The notes: generated by a model not told the origin, from the letters alone. A DNA stretch of 64,000 nt from Callorhinchus milii (GCF_018977255.1 NW_024704742.1:86864001-86928000), one strand, 5' to 3'. Counted from the first letter of the stretch, positions 25,335 to 39,225 are shown. Translations and numbers: made by a program.

Positions 25335-26160
25335 AACAACAACAACAACAACATTACAATTATAGAGTGCCTTTCATGTCGGGGGGACGTCCCAAGGTGC
25401 TGGACAGTCAGGACCCAAGCATGGGACAGGGATGGGGCAGCGGTGAGGGAAGGCAAAGCAGTGGGAGGGTGACCGAAGGCACGATCGAAGAGGAGGGTCT
25501 TGAGCCCGGACCTGAAGGAGGCAAGGGAGGAAGCGAAGCAAAGGGACTGTGGGTTGGAGTTCCAGAGTGTGGGGGCAGAGATGCTGAAAGCTCAGCCACC
25601 GATGATTGGGCAGGAGACATGGAGCAGGCTGGAGCCCAGTGAACGGAGGGAGCGGGCAGGTTGGTAGGGAGTCACCAGGTCAGAGATAGGAGGGGCAAGG
25701 CCATGGATGGCCTTGAAAGTGAGGACAAGGATCTTGAATTCGATCCTCTGAGGGATGGGGAGCCAGTGGAGTTGGGCGAGGGTGGAAGTGATAGGGTCAT
25801 GGAGCCTGGTGTATGAGAGTACACAAGCTGCAGAGTTCTGGATGATCTGCAGCTTGTGAAGGGAAGAATTGGGAAGGCTGATGAGGAGGGAGTTTCCATA
25901 ATCGAGCCTTGATGTGACGAATGCGTGGGTGAGGGTTTTGGCAGCCTGAGGGGTGAGGCAGTGGCGAAGTCTGGCAATGTTGCAGAAGTGGTGGTAGGCA
26001 GTGCTGGTCATGGCGTGGATGTGTGGGAGAAAGGACAGTTCAGGGTCAAACAAGATACCCAGGTTCCTGACTGGCTTAGTGAGGTTGAGTGTGCAGCCGT
26101 GGAGACTGACGTTGCCAGCGCCTGAGGTGCAGAGGCGCTGGCTCGAGCCAATCAGGAGGT
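25335..26160 (-). mobile_element. 5'-truncated L2 LINE
   Basis: VRNLGILFDPELSF...HAFVTSRLDYGNSLL...LHWLPIPQRIEFKIL; (GTT)n tail. Confidence 0.93.
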
Positions 26161-26215
26161 GTTGCATGGTCAGAGGTATCATCCTTTGGATGAATGTTAA
26201 ACCGAGCACATTGCA

Positions 26216-26515
26216 CAGCAATGTCTCACAAAACGGCCATGGAGTGAGGGACCCATTTTATTTGGGGGATTGTTGGCCAGGACAGCAGGAGAAACTCCCT
26301 TCTCTTTTCAAATAACGTCTACCTGAACAGGCAGATTGGACCTCGGTTTAACATCTAATCCAAAGGATGACACCTCTGACCATGCAACAAACCCCTCCAC
26401 CCAGCACTGCATTGGAGTGTCATCTTAGACTGTCTGATTCCAAGTCCCGAAGTGGGGCTTGACCCCACAACCTTCTGATACAGAGGCAAGAGTGCTAACA
26501 TTGAGCCAGACTGAT
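26216..26515 (-). mobile_element. DeuSINE
   Basis: Reverse complement of the 17734-type element. Confidence 0.75.
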
Positions 26516-27129
26516 ACCTGCATGTGTTATGCACAAAAATATCATATAAAGTAACAATGCAAGAGGTTTCATAGTTCCACTTTTCTCTTACAAGTTTGCT
26601 ATCATACACATGTAGGAAATATATAAGATAACCCAAATCGTAAAGAAGCAATGGAGAAGGGCGGGGAACTGAGAAAGAGAAAAAAGGATTCTGGTATAAA
26701 TACAAATGTCGCAAATTTCCTCATTTTTGTTTAACCAAAATCTCCAATTTATCTCTAGGTTTGATGGCTAGGACAATGGGAGAAACTCCCAACTCTTCCA
26801 CCCCCAGAGTACCCTGAGGTCCTGCACATCCACCTGAACAGGTAGTTATAGCTTTGGCTTACCACTTAACCAAAGGGAAGCACTTCAGGCAATGCAGCAA
26901 TTGCACAGCCTGGAAGTTCAGCCTGGATTTTGATGGGATCAAGTCCTGATGTCAGGCTTGAATCTACAACCTACTGATCAGTGGTGAGAGTGCTACAAAG
27001 CTACAATAACAACAACCTGCATTTATATAGCACCCCACATGCAGAGGGTAGCATTCAGAGAGCTTGACAGAGCACGACACCGAGCCGAAGGGAGGTCAAA
27101 AAGGATGGCCATCGTCCTGAGCTAGATTA

Positions 27130-27157
27130 TACATACACACACACACACACACACACA
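27130..27157. repeat. (CA)n microsatellite
   Basis: Read directly from the sequence. Confidence 0.95.
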
Positions 27158-27785
27158 TAAAGGGGTAAATGGGCCCACAGGATGTAAGCTACAACATTCT
27201 AATCCCTCTTGTACTGCAGTGCTCGACCAACCAAACTACAATAAACACATTGAACAATTTCCTACTTCCCAGTCGTCGGCGACAATGATAATTATGCAGA
27301 CCTTTTGGCGTTACTCAAAAAATACTGTACTCTCATTTAAATAAATATCAGTACATAGGAATGAACAACAGTCTTTTCTTTCCTTTGGGCATAAAACTTG
27401 CAGTATCAGTCTAAGCATCAAGAGATTTAATGATTCAGAAAATTACAGAATACCAATACAAAGGTCACACTCAATGTGCTTGGTATTTAATGACCTACTA
27501 ATTTAAGGACTGTTACTATCAGTATTCTGTTGATCTATTCCAGTCTGTGAGCATTCTGAATCAATTATATTCTGATGGTGCTTTTACTGCTAACAAATAT
27601 GAAATCCTCAACATGAACTTGTGTGCCATTGGAAATTAAAGGAGCAAATTTCTGTTTCTTTTGAAATGTTTTAAATTTGTGAATTAATCTTAAAATTTGG
27701 CGCATGTGGTTTCTGTCTGTTTGTGTAGTTCTTGTCTAACCTGTCACTGTGAAGTACTCCCAGAGGTTATTGTACAAGAGGGGTA

Positions 27786-29340
27786 CAACAACAACAAGAT
27801 TACATTTGTGTAGCGCCTTTCACGTGGGGAGGATGTCCAAGATGCTGGACAGTGTACAGCATTTCAGACCTGAGCTGGGGTCATGGGGGGAGAGGGGAGG
27901 GGAAGGGGGGTGACCAATGACTGTTGAAAAGGAGGGTCTTGAGGCGGGACTTGAAGGAGGCTAAGGAAGGGGGCGAGGTGGAGTGACTGGGGGGATGGAA
28001 TTCCAGAGGTTGGGGGCAGAGTGGCTGAAGGCTCTCCTGCCAATGGTGGGGTGGGCGGGTGGGTCAGGGGACATGGAGCAGGCCAGAGCCGGCTGAGCGG
28101 AAGGAATGAGCGGGTTGGTAGGGGGTTAGGAGGTCGCAGAGGTAGGGTGGGGCGAGGCCATGGAGGGCTTTGTATGTGAGGACCAGGATCTTGAACTGGA
28201 TCTTCTGAAGGATAGGGAGCCAATGGAGAAGGGCGAGAGTGGGGGAGATGGGGTCACGGAGTTTGGTGTGGGAGAGGACATAGGCTGGAGAGTTCCGGAT
28301 TATCTGCAGCCTGTGGAGGGAGGAGTTGGGAAGGCCGACAAACAGGGCGTTTGCATAGTCGAGCCTGGAGGTGATGAAGGCATGAACAAGAGTTTCAGTG
28401 GCCTGAGGGGTGAGGTAGTGGCAGAGACAGGATGTAACGGAGGTGAGGGAAGGCAGAGCGGATCATGGCTTGAATGTGGGGGAGAAAAGATAGCTGAGGG
28501 TTGAACAAGACACCTGGGTTCCTGACTGGTTTGGTGAATTGAAGTGTGCAACCGTGGAGGTTGATGCTGCCAGAGCCTGAGGTGCAGAGGCGCTGGCGCG
28601 AGCCAATCAGGAGGGCCTCAGTCTTGTTCACATTCACTGTAGGAAATTTACCCTCATCCAGGACTTGATGTCCGACAGACAGTCTGTCAGGACAGCAGTG
28701 GTCCTGGAGTTGAGGGTGGAGGCAGAAAAGTAGAGTTGGGTGTCATCCGCATACATGTGGAAGTTGACTCCATGTCTTCGGATAATGTGACCAAGGGGGA
28801 GCATGTAGATATTAAAGAGGAGAGGGCCAAGGACAGAGCCCTGGGGGACGCCAGACGTGACAGTGCGGGGGCTGGAGGAGAAATCGTTAGAGGCGACAAA
28901 GTGGAGACGGTGAGAGAGATAGGAATCGAATCAGGCAAGGGCAGATCCGTGAAGATTGAGTAAAGCAGAGAGGCGGTGTATGAGGATGGAGTGGTCGACA
29001 GTGTCGAAAGCGGCAGAGAGGTCAAGAGGACAAGGAGGCAGAGGGAGCCCTGATCACAGATGTTCAGAATGTCATTAGTGACTTTGACCAGGGCTGTTTC
29101 CTTGCTGTGGGCAGCGCGGAAGCTGGATTGGAGGGGTTCAAAGAGGGAATAATGAGAAAGAAAGGAGCGGAGCTGGGATACGATGACTTGTTCCAGGATC
29201 TGGGAGAGGAATAGGAGGTTAGATATGGGGTGGTAGCTGGAGAGGAGGGATGGATCCAGGAAAGTTTTTTTCAGGATGGGGGTGATGATGGCTGTTTTTA
29301 GGGGGGTGGGAACTGAACCGGTGGACAAAGAGAGGTTGAT
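27786..29340 (-). mobile_element. L2 LINE, RT domain to 3' tail (~1.55 kb)
   Basis: LKTAIITPILKK...Y(H)PISNL...HSKETALVKVTND...HMYADDTQL; frameshifted. Confidence 0.93.
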
Positions 29341-29579
29341 GGTACTATATTAATGCAAGTTGTTATTCATTTGAACAGTCTCAAAGTGCTTCATGTGTAA
29401 TTACTGCCAACCATAGTGATGGCATTTGTTGGCGAATGTGGCAGTTAAGTCTCTCAAACAGCCAGGAGGTGAATAACCAATTAATCTGGAGGTATGTTGT
29501 CCAGGAGCAGGCGAAACACAATTTAATTAGTGCCACTGGATCTTTAAAGACCTTCTGAACAGTCAGACAGGAACCGTTT

Positions 29580-30415
29580 AACAACAACAAATTACATTTG
29601 TATAGCCCCTTTCATGTCAGGAGGACATCTCAAGGCGCTGGACAGTCAGGGATTTGCACCCAGGCTGCTGGCTGGGATCAGGAGGGGTTGAGGGCGGGGA
29701 GGGTAGGGGTAGAAGGGTGACCGAAGGCACGGTCAAAGAGGAGGGTTTTGAGACAGTTTTTGAAGGAGGCAAAGGAGGAGTCGAAGTGGAGAGACTGTGG
29801 GATGGAGTTCCAGAAGGTGGTGGCGGAGGCTGAAGGCCTGCCTGCCAATGGTGGGGGGCAGGCAAGGTGGGGGATGTGAAGCTGGCCGGAACCTGCTGAG
29901 CGGAGGGAGTGGACAGGTTTGTAGGGGGTTAGGAGGTCACAGAGATAAGGAGAAGGGAGGCTGTGGAGGGCTTTGAAGGTGATGACCAAGATCTTGAACT
30001 GTATCCCACTGGGGAGCCAGTGGAGTTGGGCAAGGATGGGGGTGATAGGGTTGCGGAGCCTGGTGCAGGAGAGGATATGGGCTGAAAAGTGCTGGATAAT
30101 CTGCAGCCTGTAGAGGGAGGAGTTTGGGAGGCCAACAAGCAGGGAGTTTGCATAGTCGAGCCTGGATGTGATGAATGCATGGATGAAGGTCACGGCGGCC
30201 TGAGGTGAGACATAGTGGCGGAGCTGGGCAATGTTGGTTGGTGGGGAAAGGCAGAGCGTTTCATGGTACAGATGCCAGGGATGAAGGACATTTGAAGGTC
30301 AAACAGGATGGGGAGGTTCTGTATTGGCTCCATGAGGTGTAGAGTTCATTCATGAAGAGTGATGCTGTCAGCGCCCGAGGGAGCCAAGCAGGAGGGCCTC
30401 GGTCTTGTTGACATT
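29580..30415 (-). mobile_element. 5'-truncated L2 LINE
   Basis: HAFITSRLDYANSLL...FWNSIP...LKTLLFDRAF. Confidence 0.92.
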
Positions 30416-31372
30416 AGCACCTGATGCAGTGCTGGCCCAGTCCAGGAGTATCAATTATGAGCTCAAGTCCTGACGTGAGGCTTGAACCCACAACCTTTGA
30501 AGCAGAGACGAGTGTGACTCACTTAAACAAGTTAACACATTAATGTATGGTACAATTATAAAGTCTCCCTCGCTGCCACACACGCACTTTCAAGGGATTC
30601 CATACATTCTTAGGTCAAAAAAATCGATAAACCACTTGGACTTCAATCTGTTTGCTTACTTTATCAATTCAATGGGGCAAAACTGTCTTGCAATACATTC
30701 ATAAGGACCCACTACCTAACCTAATGTATAGATTTGATACACTGACATATAATTCTATACGTATACGTTTGATTCTATCCCCTCCGAGTCTTGTGATTCT
30801 AAAACTGTCAAGAACACTTATTCAGCAAATGTCAATATCTGCCTTACATAATAACTGTACACCCTCATTGACGGATTCTGGCAAGTTCAATTGAGCATGT
30901 CACAGCTTATTAAAGACGATTACCTTGGAGTGGATGAGATTGTGGTCCTAGTCGCTAAAAAAACAAACTCTACTGTATAAAAGTGGCACAGTAATTGCAC
31001 CTTCTTACATCAATTGGCAGATTTAATTTTTTTAAAACGTCGTTAAACTTGTCAATGTTCAGAACAAACTTGTACAACTGCAATAACAAGAAAACCTTTC
31101 ACAGACCCCATCTGTGCTGTTACACGCTGTAACAGTGTCTAATAATACTCCTTGCATTTGACATAGCTCCGATTATCACGTTGTTGAGACGTGTCAAACA
31201 GGTTCACAGGATATACTGTGAAATGGATTGACTGTAAATTTGTGGGAGTAACGTCATGTAATGCCCCTTTTCCTGTGATTCTCCAATCTTAAGAGTGAGG
31301 CAGAAATGGCCGAGAGATGACTCTTTGCCTATCAGAGATTGGGCAATACCACCACGTGACCAGCCGGATTAG

Positions 31373-31840
31373 ACAACAACAACAACTTGGATTTATATAG
31401 AGCCCTCCACGCCGGACGGCGTCTCAGAGCACTTCACAATAATGGGTCCCGGGGCTGAGCCAGGGGGAGGGGGAAGAAGGTGACCAAAGGCGCGGTCGAA
31501 AAGAAAGGTCTTTAGCAGAGACCTGAAAATAGGAAGGGAGGGAGCGAGGCGAAGGGAGTGAGGAAGGGAGTTCCAGAGCCTCGGGGCATAGTGGCTGAAG
31601 GCACGGCCGCTGAGGGTGGAGCGGAGGACTCGGGGGACGAGGAGGAGGCCAGATCCGGAGGAACAAAGTAAACAGGTACTGTTTTGAGGAGAGAGGAGGT
31701 CAGAGAGGTAGGGGTGGTGCGGAGGAGTGGAGGGATTTACAGACAAGGGTGAGGATCTTGAAATCGATCCTCTCTGGGACAGGCAGCCAGTGCAGTCTGG
31801 CGAGGACTGGGGTAATCGGGGAGCGGAGTTTGGTGCGGGT
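31373..31840 (-). mobile_element. L2 3' fragment (same subfamily as 8587-8886)
   Basis: GRAFSHYAPRLWNSLPHSLR...LKTFLFDRAFG. Confidence 0.9.
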
Positions 31841-31961
31841 GCTTTTCATGCAGACACATGGTGAATGCTTTCCAAAAGGCAGCAAGCAATTTTTATTAAT
31901 GAATTAACTGTACAACAGTTAATTTACAACACACAGAGTGTTGTAAAGGGTTTACACAGAG

Positions 31962-32350
31962 GGTGTCAGGCTGATTTAGTTTTAGCGTTCTAACCTCCGA
32001 GTCAGAAGGTCATGAGTTTAAGTTCCACTTTGGGGCTTGGACCACAGTCTAAGATGACACTTCAGTCCAGTGCCGGGGGTATGTTGCATTGTTGGAGGTG
32101 CTGTCCTTCAGATGAGACGTTAAACCGAGGCCCTGTCTGCATGTTCAGGTGGACATTAAAAATCCCATGGCACGATTCGAAAAGAGAAAGACGTTTTTCC
32201 TGGTTTCCTTGTCAACATTCACTTCATGGCTCTACATGAGACATTGCTGTGCACAATTGGCTGCTGTGTTTGCCCACAAACACAAAGTCACAATTTACAG
32301 TATGTCCTGTGAAGCACACTGGGTGAACAGGTGCTATATCAAATATACGG
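31962..32350 (+). mobile_element. DeuSINE
   Basis: TTAAACCGAGGCCCTGTCTGCATGTTCAGGTGGACATTAAAAATCCCATGGCAC core. Confidence 0.8.
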
Positions 32351-35300
32351 TTTAGTATTATAAAGATGTAACACTTTGCCATAGAAAGCAGCAGGGGCAG
32401 AATTAATAGGGATGTTTAAAAGAGAGCTAAACGTATATGTGGATAGTAAATGCATTATGGGGTATGGCAAAGTGGTTGGACAATGGGACTAAAAGATCTG
32501 CCAAGATCTATTAAACTAGTGGAACAGGCTTGTTGGGCTGAATGGCCTCCTGTTCACCTATATATAAATCTCTCCACAGCCTAGTAACTTCATAGCTGTT
32601 TATGTGTCATTGCCATGTGTAAATTGGCTACAAAACACACAGTCACTACACTTCAAAGTAAAATCTCACAAAGAACTTTGAAACGACAGACATGAGGCAC
32701 TGTATCAAATGAGAGGATTATTATTACTATTAGCTCTCTTATCTTCTACTACCCTATTCATCTGCTCATTCGCTCGACCTCTTTACTCGGCCCCAACATT
32801 GGTGGTTATGTGTTCAGATCTCATGATCCTAACGTGAGAACTCCCTCCCTCTACCCCCTCTGTTTTCATGTCCCATCTCAAAACCTACTTCACCTATGTC
32901 CACTTCCCCTTTCTCTCCCTTTTCCTGTCATCATAAAGGACACAGAGATGTTAGCCTACTTAAAGGACACTATATGAATGCAAGTTGTTGTATTTTCCAA
33001 TATATTTTCTTGTTTAGGTTTTCCTCGTACCATAAACATGACCCACAAGTTTCAGTATATAACTCTGTCATTTTAACCTGGATTAACCTGCTTATTTTGT
33101 CCCTGTGTGGAAACTGCATGACTCTGTGCAGTGCTTCCTTGCCAGAGAGTGATTAGAGCAGTTCTAGGACACATTTGGGAATAATGAGCAGGAGAAACTG
33201 TTCACCCCTTCGTGGCCATGCCTGGTCTCTGAAAGAGCTATCCATTTGGTCTCACTCCCCTACCCTTTCCTCATACCATTTTAATAGTTTTCTTTTTCAC
33301 AACCATGGCACATCACATTCAAACCAAAACATGCAGAGTCTCACAATAATGTAATTTTAAAACCTGGTATGCACAGAAATAAAACAAGCTTGTTTATCAC
33401 ATCTTTGCCAGAGGTGAAAACTGGATTGCAACAGGTACATAGCTCCAAAAGAGGCTCAACAGACTATATGGCCTCTTTTTGTGCTGCAATATATATAATT
33501 CTTTAAGAAACAAAACATTTATGAAGCATTACTTATGGGACATTGCTGTGTACAATCTGGCTGCTGCATTAGCCTACAGCATACACACCACACTCTAGAT
33601 TAAATCGCATTGAGATGTCCTCCTGACGTAAAAAGCGCTATATCAAATAAAGGATTATTATTTATTAATTCTTCCTGGATTTAACAAGCATTTAGTACAA
33701 CAAGTGCTTGGGGCTAAATAATTATATAGCATAAAAGACAGCCAAAAGCTAATATCAGGCACATTTTTCTGATATATTTTCAGGCACAGTACTTGCATTC
33801 AAAATTACACAGGGAACGACAACAAAATTATATTTGCATAGCCCCATTCATGTGAGGAGGGCATCCCAAGACGCTGGACAGTCAGTGTTTCAGACCCGAG
33901 CGAGGGGTCGGGATCAGGGAGGATGGAGAGCAGGGGGTCATGAAGGAGGGTGACTGAAGGCATGGTCGAAGAGGAAGGTCTTGAGTCAGGACTTGAGGAG
34001 GCAAGGGAGGGGATTGTTTCAACATGCAATTTAAAAATAATTTATATCATGCTGCCAAAATAATTCTAAATTGATGTAAAAAGAATATGAACCAATATTT
34101 CTTGTGCTGTTTACTTCTACAAGAAATGGGGGTAGGGGAAGTGAGGGGAATCCAGCCAAGCAGAAATACAAGCAAAAATCGTACCTTTGAGAGTTAAATC
34201 AACAAATGACCCACTTGAACATTTATGTAAGATTTTTACAGATCATTTGAAAGACCACAGACAAGTAGCCTGAGAATTCAGTTACGTGAGTGGAGAATAA
34301 TGGCTCTAGTGTTTGGAATTAGGGCATTTATAACTTAACTGCTCACATAAATCCTCACATGGTTAGATAATTAAGTTTCAAAGGCCATCACTATTGATGC
34401 CAGAACAACTCGTTATCACACACCTGGAAAAAGAAACTCAGAGTTTCACCTGAAAATGTGTTGGGTTATTAGCACACTTTCAGAACAAAACCAAGTGCAA
34501 ATAGAACTAAAACGTTCAAATGGTTGAAGCTTGTTTCCAACTTGTGTGATTCAGCAGCACTTTCACCTTTCAGTCAGAAGGTTGGTTGTGGGTTCAAGCC
34601 CCACCTTGGAAATGGAGCTCGCAGTCCTGTGCTCTCCTGGGAAAGCTGCATTGTCACAGGTGCTGTTCAGGTGAGAGGCTAAATCTGCGTCCTGTCTGCT
34701 TATTCTTAACTACATTAAAGATCCACCGAGGAGAAGGACATTCACCTCATGCCTATTTGTGAGGTTTTGCTGTGTCAAAATTCCTGCCATATTTGCTTAC
34801 AAAAAGCCATCACTACACTTGACAATAACTGGAATGTGTTCTGCCATGTTTTGTTAGAAAGGCACTATAAAAATGATTTTAAAAAAGTCTTCTTCAGAGA
34901 AGGTGGTAAATAAAACAGTAAAGACTGAATGATGAGTTTGCAACGCACAGCTGACAGATATGGTAAAATTACAGCCTGGAAATGCTTTCAAGACTCATTT
35001 GACAAGACTTGCTGTTACCAGGCTTACAAACATGCCAAACATAGCTGACATTATAAAAGGTTTAAACATAAAAAATACAAAAGAACCCGTATTCTTATAG
35101 TAAGTCCATGGATAATACTATCTTAGAAAGCATGTCCGAGATCCTCACCTTCAAATCTCACCATGGCCTTGCCCAACTTTACCTCTGCAAATTGTGACTC
35201 TACTGGCCTGCTTGGCTTCAATCCCCCCATTCCCCAATTGTCCCCTCTACCCACCCCTCTCCCGTATGCCTCACATCACACCACATCATCAAGCAAGCGG

Positions 35301-35529
35301 CCAGTCCTTCTGCAACCACTCTATGGTTTTCCATCCCAGGGTCCCTCTCGGTCTCTCTCTCTCCCATTCCGCCTTCAAAACCCCCTCAAAACCTTTCTCT
35401 GCAACTGCACTTTTGGCCACCTTTCCTATTCCCTCCCCGGATCTTCTCCGCCCTTTCCAGCTCAGGCTCTCAGTTGTGTGAACGCTTCAATTAGTAACAA
35501 CATGTCCTCCCAACAGGAAAGTGGAATGT

Positions 35530-35900
35530 AAATAACAATCCTTACATTTTATTATTAATAATAATATTCCTTACATTTGGTATCGCGCCTTTCACATCAG
35601 GAGAACAGTGCTTCACATAATATTTTGTAAAGTGCAGTGACTGTATATTTGTGCACAGTAGTGTCCCACAATCAGGCATGGAGTGAATGACCAATATTAT
35701 TTGGGGGCTTGGTGGTCAGGACACCGGGAGAATTTCTTTTCTGTTTTCGAACAGTGCCATGGGATCTTTACCATCCATCTGAACAAGCAGACTGCATTGG
35801 AGTATCAGCTTAGACTATGAGTTCCAAGTCCCAAAGCAGAGCTTGAATCCACAGCCTTCTGACTCAGAGGGAGTGTGCTACCAACTGAGCCAGACTGAAT
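35530..35900 (-). mobile_element. DeuSINE
   Basis: Reverse-strand head, Deu core and tail. Confidence 0.75.
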
Positions 35901-37221
35901 GGGGGAGGGGGGGGAAACTATCCGTAAAAACATGAATTAACCCGAAGTTTTCCAATGCAGCACAGACTTTACTTAACATGTCAGAACAAAGCAACAGACT
36001 TAATGAGTAAACATTCAGTCACTCAGTGATGAACAACCTAATCCTGGGAATGTGTTTCCTCACAATGTTTAACTTCAACCCTTCACAAGGTAGACTTACA
36101 ATTTATGGCAGCTGAATAATTCATGGGGGAGCGGGAGAAACTGAAGGACTGAAAATGTATTTTTATTTAGAGTATATCTCCCAGCCATGAATAAATTTGT
36201 TTTTCAGTCTATAATTTGTATGATTTATTCAGCTGCAGGGACGTAGAAATTTTCCAATTCCGATTCAATTCCAATTCAGGTGCTTGAATTACTCCAAAGA
36301 ACCAAAAGCAATAGTTTAAGAATTTGTCAGAAAGATGTGGGCAGGACAGTATTTCAGACTGGCAAGACATTAAACAGGGTTACTCCAGTTGGTTTGGTGC
36401 ATGGCTCAACAGCTGGTTTTAGGCAGCTCATTGGCCCAAGAAACCGCTCGAGAATCTTCTCAGTTAGGACGTCCCATAAGTTGTGACAAGGCCCTCTCCC
36501 CTCAACTATAAAGGAATGAATAATGAAAGGTACCTGAGAGGCATCCCAGAGGTATATAAATACACAGAGAAAACAAACCATGAACAATATGTTCAGGTGT
36601 GCCAAATTAAAAGCATTGAAGACGTGTTGAGCAGTGGTGATTTCATGTCATCTCACAGGTTTAGAGCTGTGAAAAGTACATTTAGGGCAGCCACGAGGAA
36701 GTAGTTCTTTAAGTAAGGTGCAGTAGAGCTAGAACAGGTGACTAGGAAGAGTAATATCTAACAATGTTGTAATGGAGATATTTGGAAGAGGAGAGATCAT
36801 ATGGCCCAAAGATCCACCTTGGACATAACTTGATATCCAAGGTCAGCTTTCAATTGTCCTTTTAAAAGTGTCCAAACCAATATCAGTTTTAAGGCATCTT
36901 CTTCAGAATTTTAGGAACATAGGAACAAAAGTAGATTATTTGACCTATTGAGCTTTTATTTTTTTTAAGATCATACCACATCTTTTAATCCCATATCCTT
37001 GGCTCTTGTGTCAACACAAGCATGTTCTCATTCAAGTGAAAAGCGTTAATCAACACGTCAACATAGTCATATAAAAGGAGCAACTAGATACCTACGGACT
37101 AGAGTTTCACATTTATGGAAACTGTAGTGAACAAGGAGTTTTTGCAACAGGAATGGAAGCAAACTTTTAACAAAATAGTTTAATTTGACATGTTACTCAG
37201 AAGAACAGGATTTTAATTAAA

Positions 37222-38350
37222 TAACAACAACAACAACAAGATTCCATTTATAAAGCGCCTTTCACGTCAGGAGGACGTCCCAAGGCGCTGCACAGTTGGG
37301 TCATGATCCGAGCAGGGGGGAAATGGTCAGGGTGAGGGAAGGGAGGGAGCGAGGAGGGGGAAGAGAGTCGAGAGGGGAGCTGAAGGCTCGGTCAAAGAGA
37401 AAGGTTTTGAGACCGGCCTTGAAGGAGGAGAGGGAGGAAGCGGCGAAGGCACTGGGGGATGGAGTTCCAGAACCTAGGGGCTGAGAGGCTGAAGGCCCGA
37501 CCACCGATGGTAGGGCGGTTGGGGCGGGGGACGTGGAGCAGACCGGAGCCGGAGGAACGGAGGGTACGGGCAGGTAGGTAGGGTGATAGTAGGTTGGAGA
37601 GGTAGGAGGGAGCGAGGCCGTGAATGGCCTTGTAGGTGAGGATGAGGATCTTGAAATCAATCCTCTGGGGGATGGGGAGCCAGTGGAGGCGAGCGAGGGT
37701 GGGTGTGATGTGGTCGCGAAGCCTGGTGCGGGACAGTACACGAGCTGCAGAGTTCTGAATGACCTGCAGCTTGTGGAGGGAGGTGCGGGAAGGCCGGCGA
37801 GGAGAGAGTTCCCATAGTCCAGCCTTGAGGTGACAAAGGCGTGAACCAGGGTTTCAGCAGCGTGAGGGGTGAGGTAGTGCCGTAGTCTGGCGATGTTCCG
37901 GAGGTGATGGAAGGCAGTGCCAGTTGTGGTGCGGATGTGAGGGAGAAAGGACAGCTCAGGGTCGAACAGAACGCCGAGTTCCTGACCGGCTTAGAGAGGT
38001 GGAGAGTGCAGCCTTGGATGCTGATGGTGTCGGCGCCTGAGGTGCTGACGTGAGCCAATCAGGAGGGCCTCGGTTTTTCGCACATTGAGCTGAAGAAAGT
38101 TGTCTCTCATCCAGGACTCGATGTCGGACAGGCAGCTGTCAGGACATCGGTGGTCGTGGAGTTGAGAGTAGAGGAGGAAAGGTAGAGTTGGGTATCATCC
38201 GCATACATGTGGAAGTTAACTCCATGTCTGCGGATGATGTCACCGAGGGGGAGCATATAGAGGGTGAAGAGGAGGGGACTGAGGACAGAGCCCTGAGGGA
38301 CACCACATGAGACAGTACGGGGGGTGGAGGAGAAGCCATTCGTCGATAAT
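37222..38350 (-). mobile_element. L2 LINE, young subfamily (CAAGATTCCATTT tail)
   Basis: [17 protein letters not shown]...[10 protein letters not shown] through to the 3' stem-loop; CpGs retained. Confidence 0.93.
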
Positions 38351-39001
38351 GCATAATGCATAATAAATCAATGCATAGGAAATGCAGTTGGTTTTTAAGC
38401 TTAAAAAGAAAATCAATAAAAATAAATGTAGAGTGTAAATATGCAACAAATATTTAACTGAGTCACTTTAGGCTTCAGAATAGAGCTCCATTTCACTGCA
38501 TTGTTTCAGGATATGCAGAACATTCATTGCACATACAGATGATGTAATAGAAATCTATAAGTTTCCAAAATGTTTTAAACATATATAAAACCAACTATTT
38601 AGTAGCAGAGAGATGGAGGGTTTGTCTTATGAAACAATTTGGTTTTGAACCGCTCTCTTAATTGTGCTTTTGTGACTTTCTTCAGGAGAGATGAAAGGGG
38701 CATAAAACTCTAATAATAAATAATCATTGCATTAATATTGCACCTTTCACATTGGGTGTACATCTAAAACCACTTCCCAGGATTTTACTGTAAAACGTGT
38801 AGTGACTGTGACCGCCAACGTGTGCACAACAATGTCCCAAAATCAGTGCGGAAGCATACAACAACCTCTTTCCCAGTTGGGTATCTAGTGCAATACTCGC
38901 TGGACATCGAGATAGTAGCTGTGAATTAGAATGAAAGACTCCCCATAATCCAATTTCTAAACTTATTTTGCTTCCAATAGAGTCATAGAGAATATTTGTG
39001 C

Positions 39002-39225
39002 AGTCCTGTAGCTCAGTGGTTAGAGCACTCGCCTCGCAAGTGAGAGACCTGGGTTCGAATCCCAGCAGGGTGAAATGTTGGGCAAGTTTCCTTACTCCAT
39101 ACGTCTCTGTTTACCTAGTAGTAACTAGGAACCCGGTTGTTAGTTGATTGGCGGATTGCTTTCCTGGTGTTATTAACAAATAATAATTTGGTCACTCAAT
39201 CCACGACTGTTTGTGGGACACTGCC
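39002..39225 (+). mobile_element. tRNA-derived SINE, long subfamily, 3'-truncated
   Basis: A/B boxes and the same internal segment as the 59698 copy. Confidence 0.85.

Noticed and set aside
26592..26668. Exon-like segment with a strong acceptor and gtaaga donor in the last PIP5K1B intron
   Set aside because: No similarity to the PIP5K1B tail and a stop in the required phase; insufficient support.
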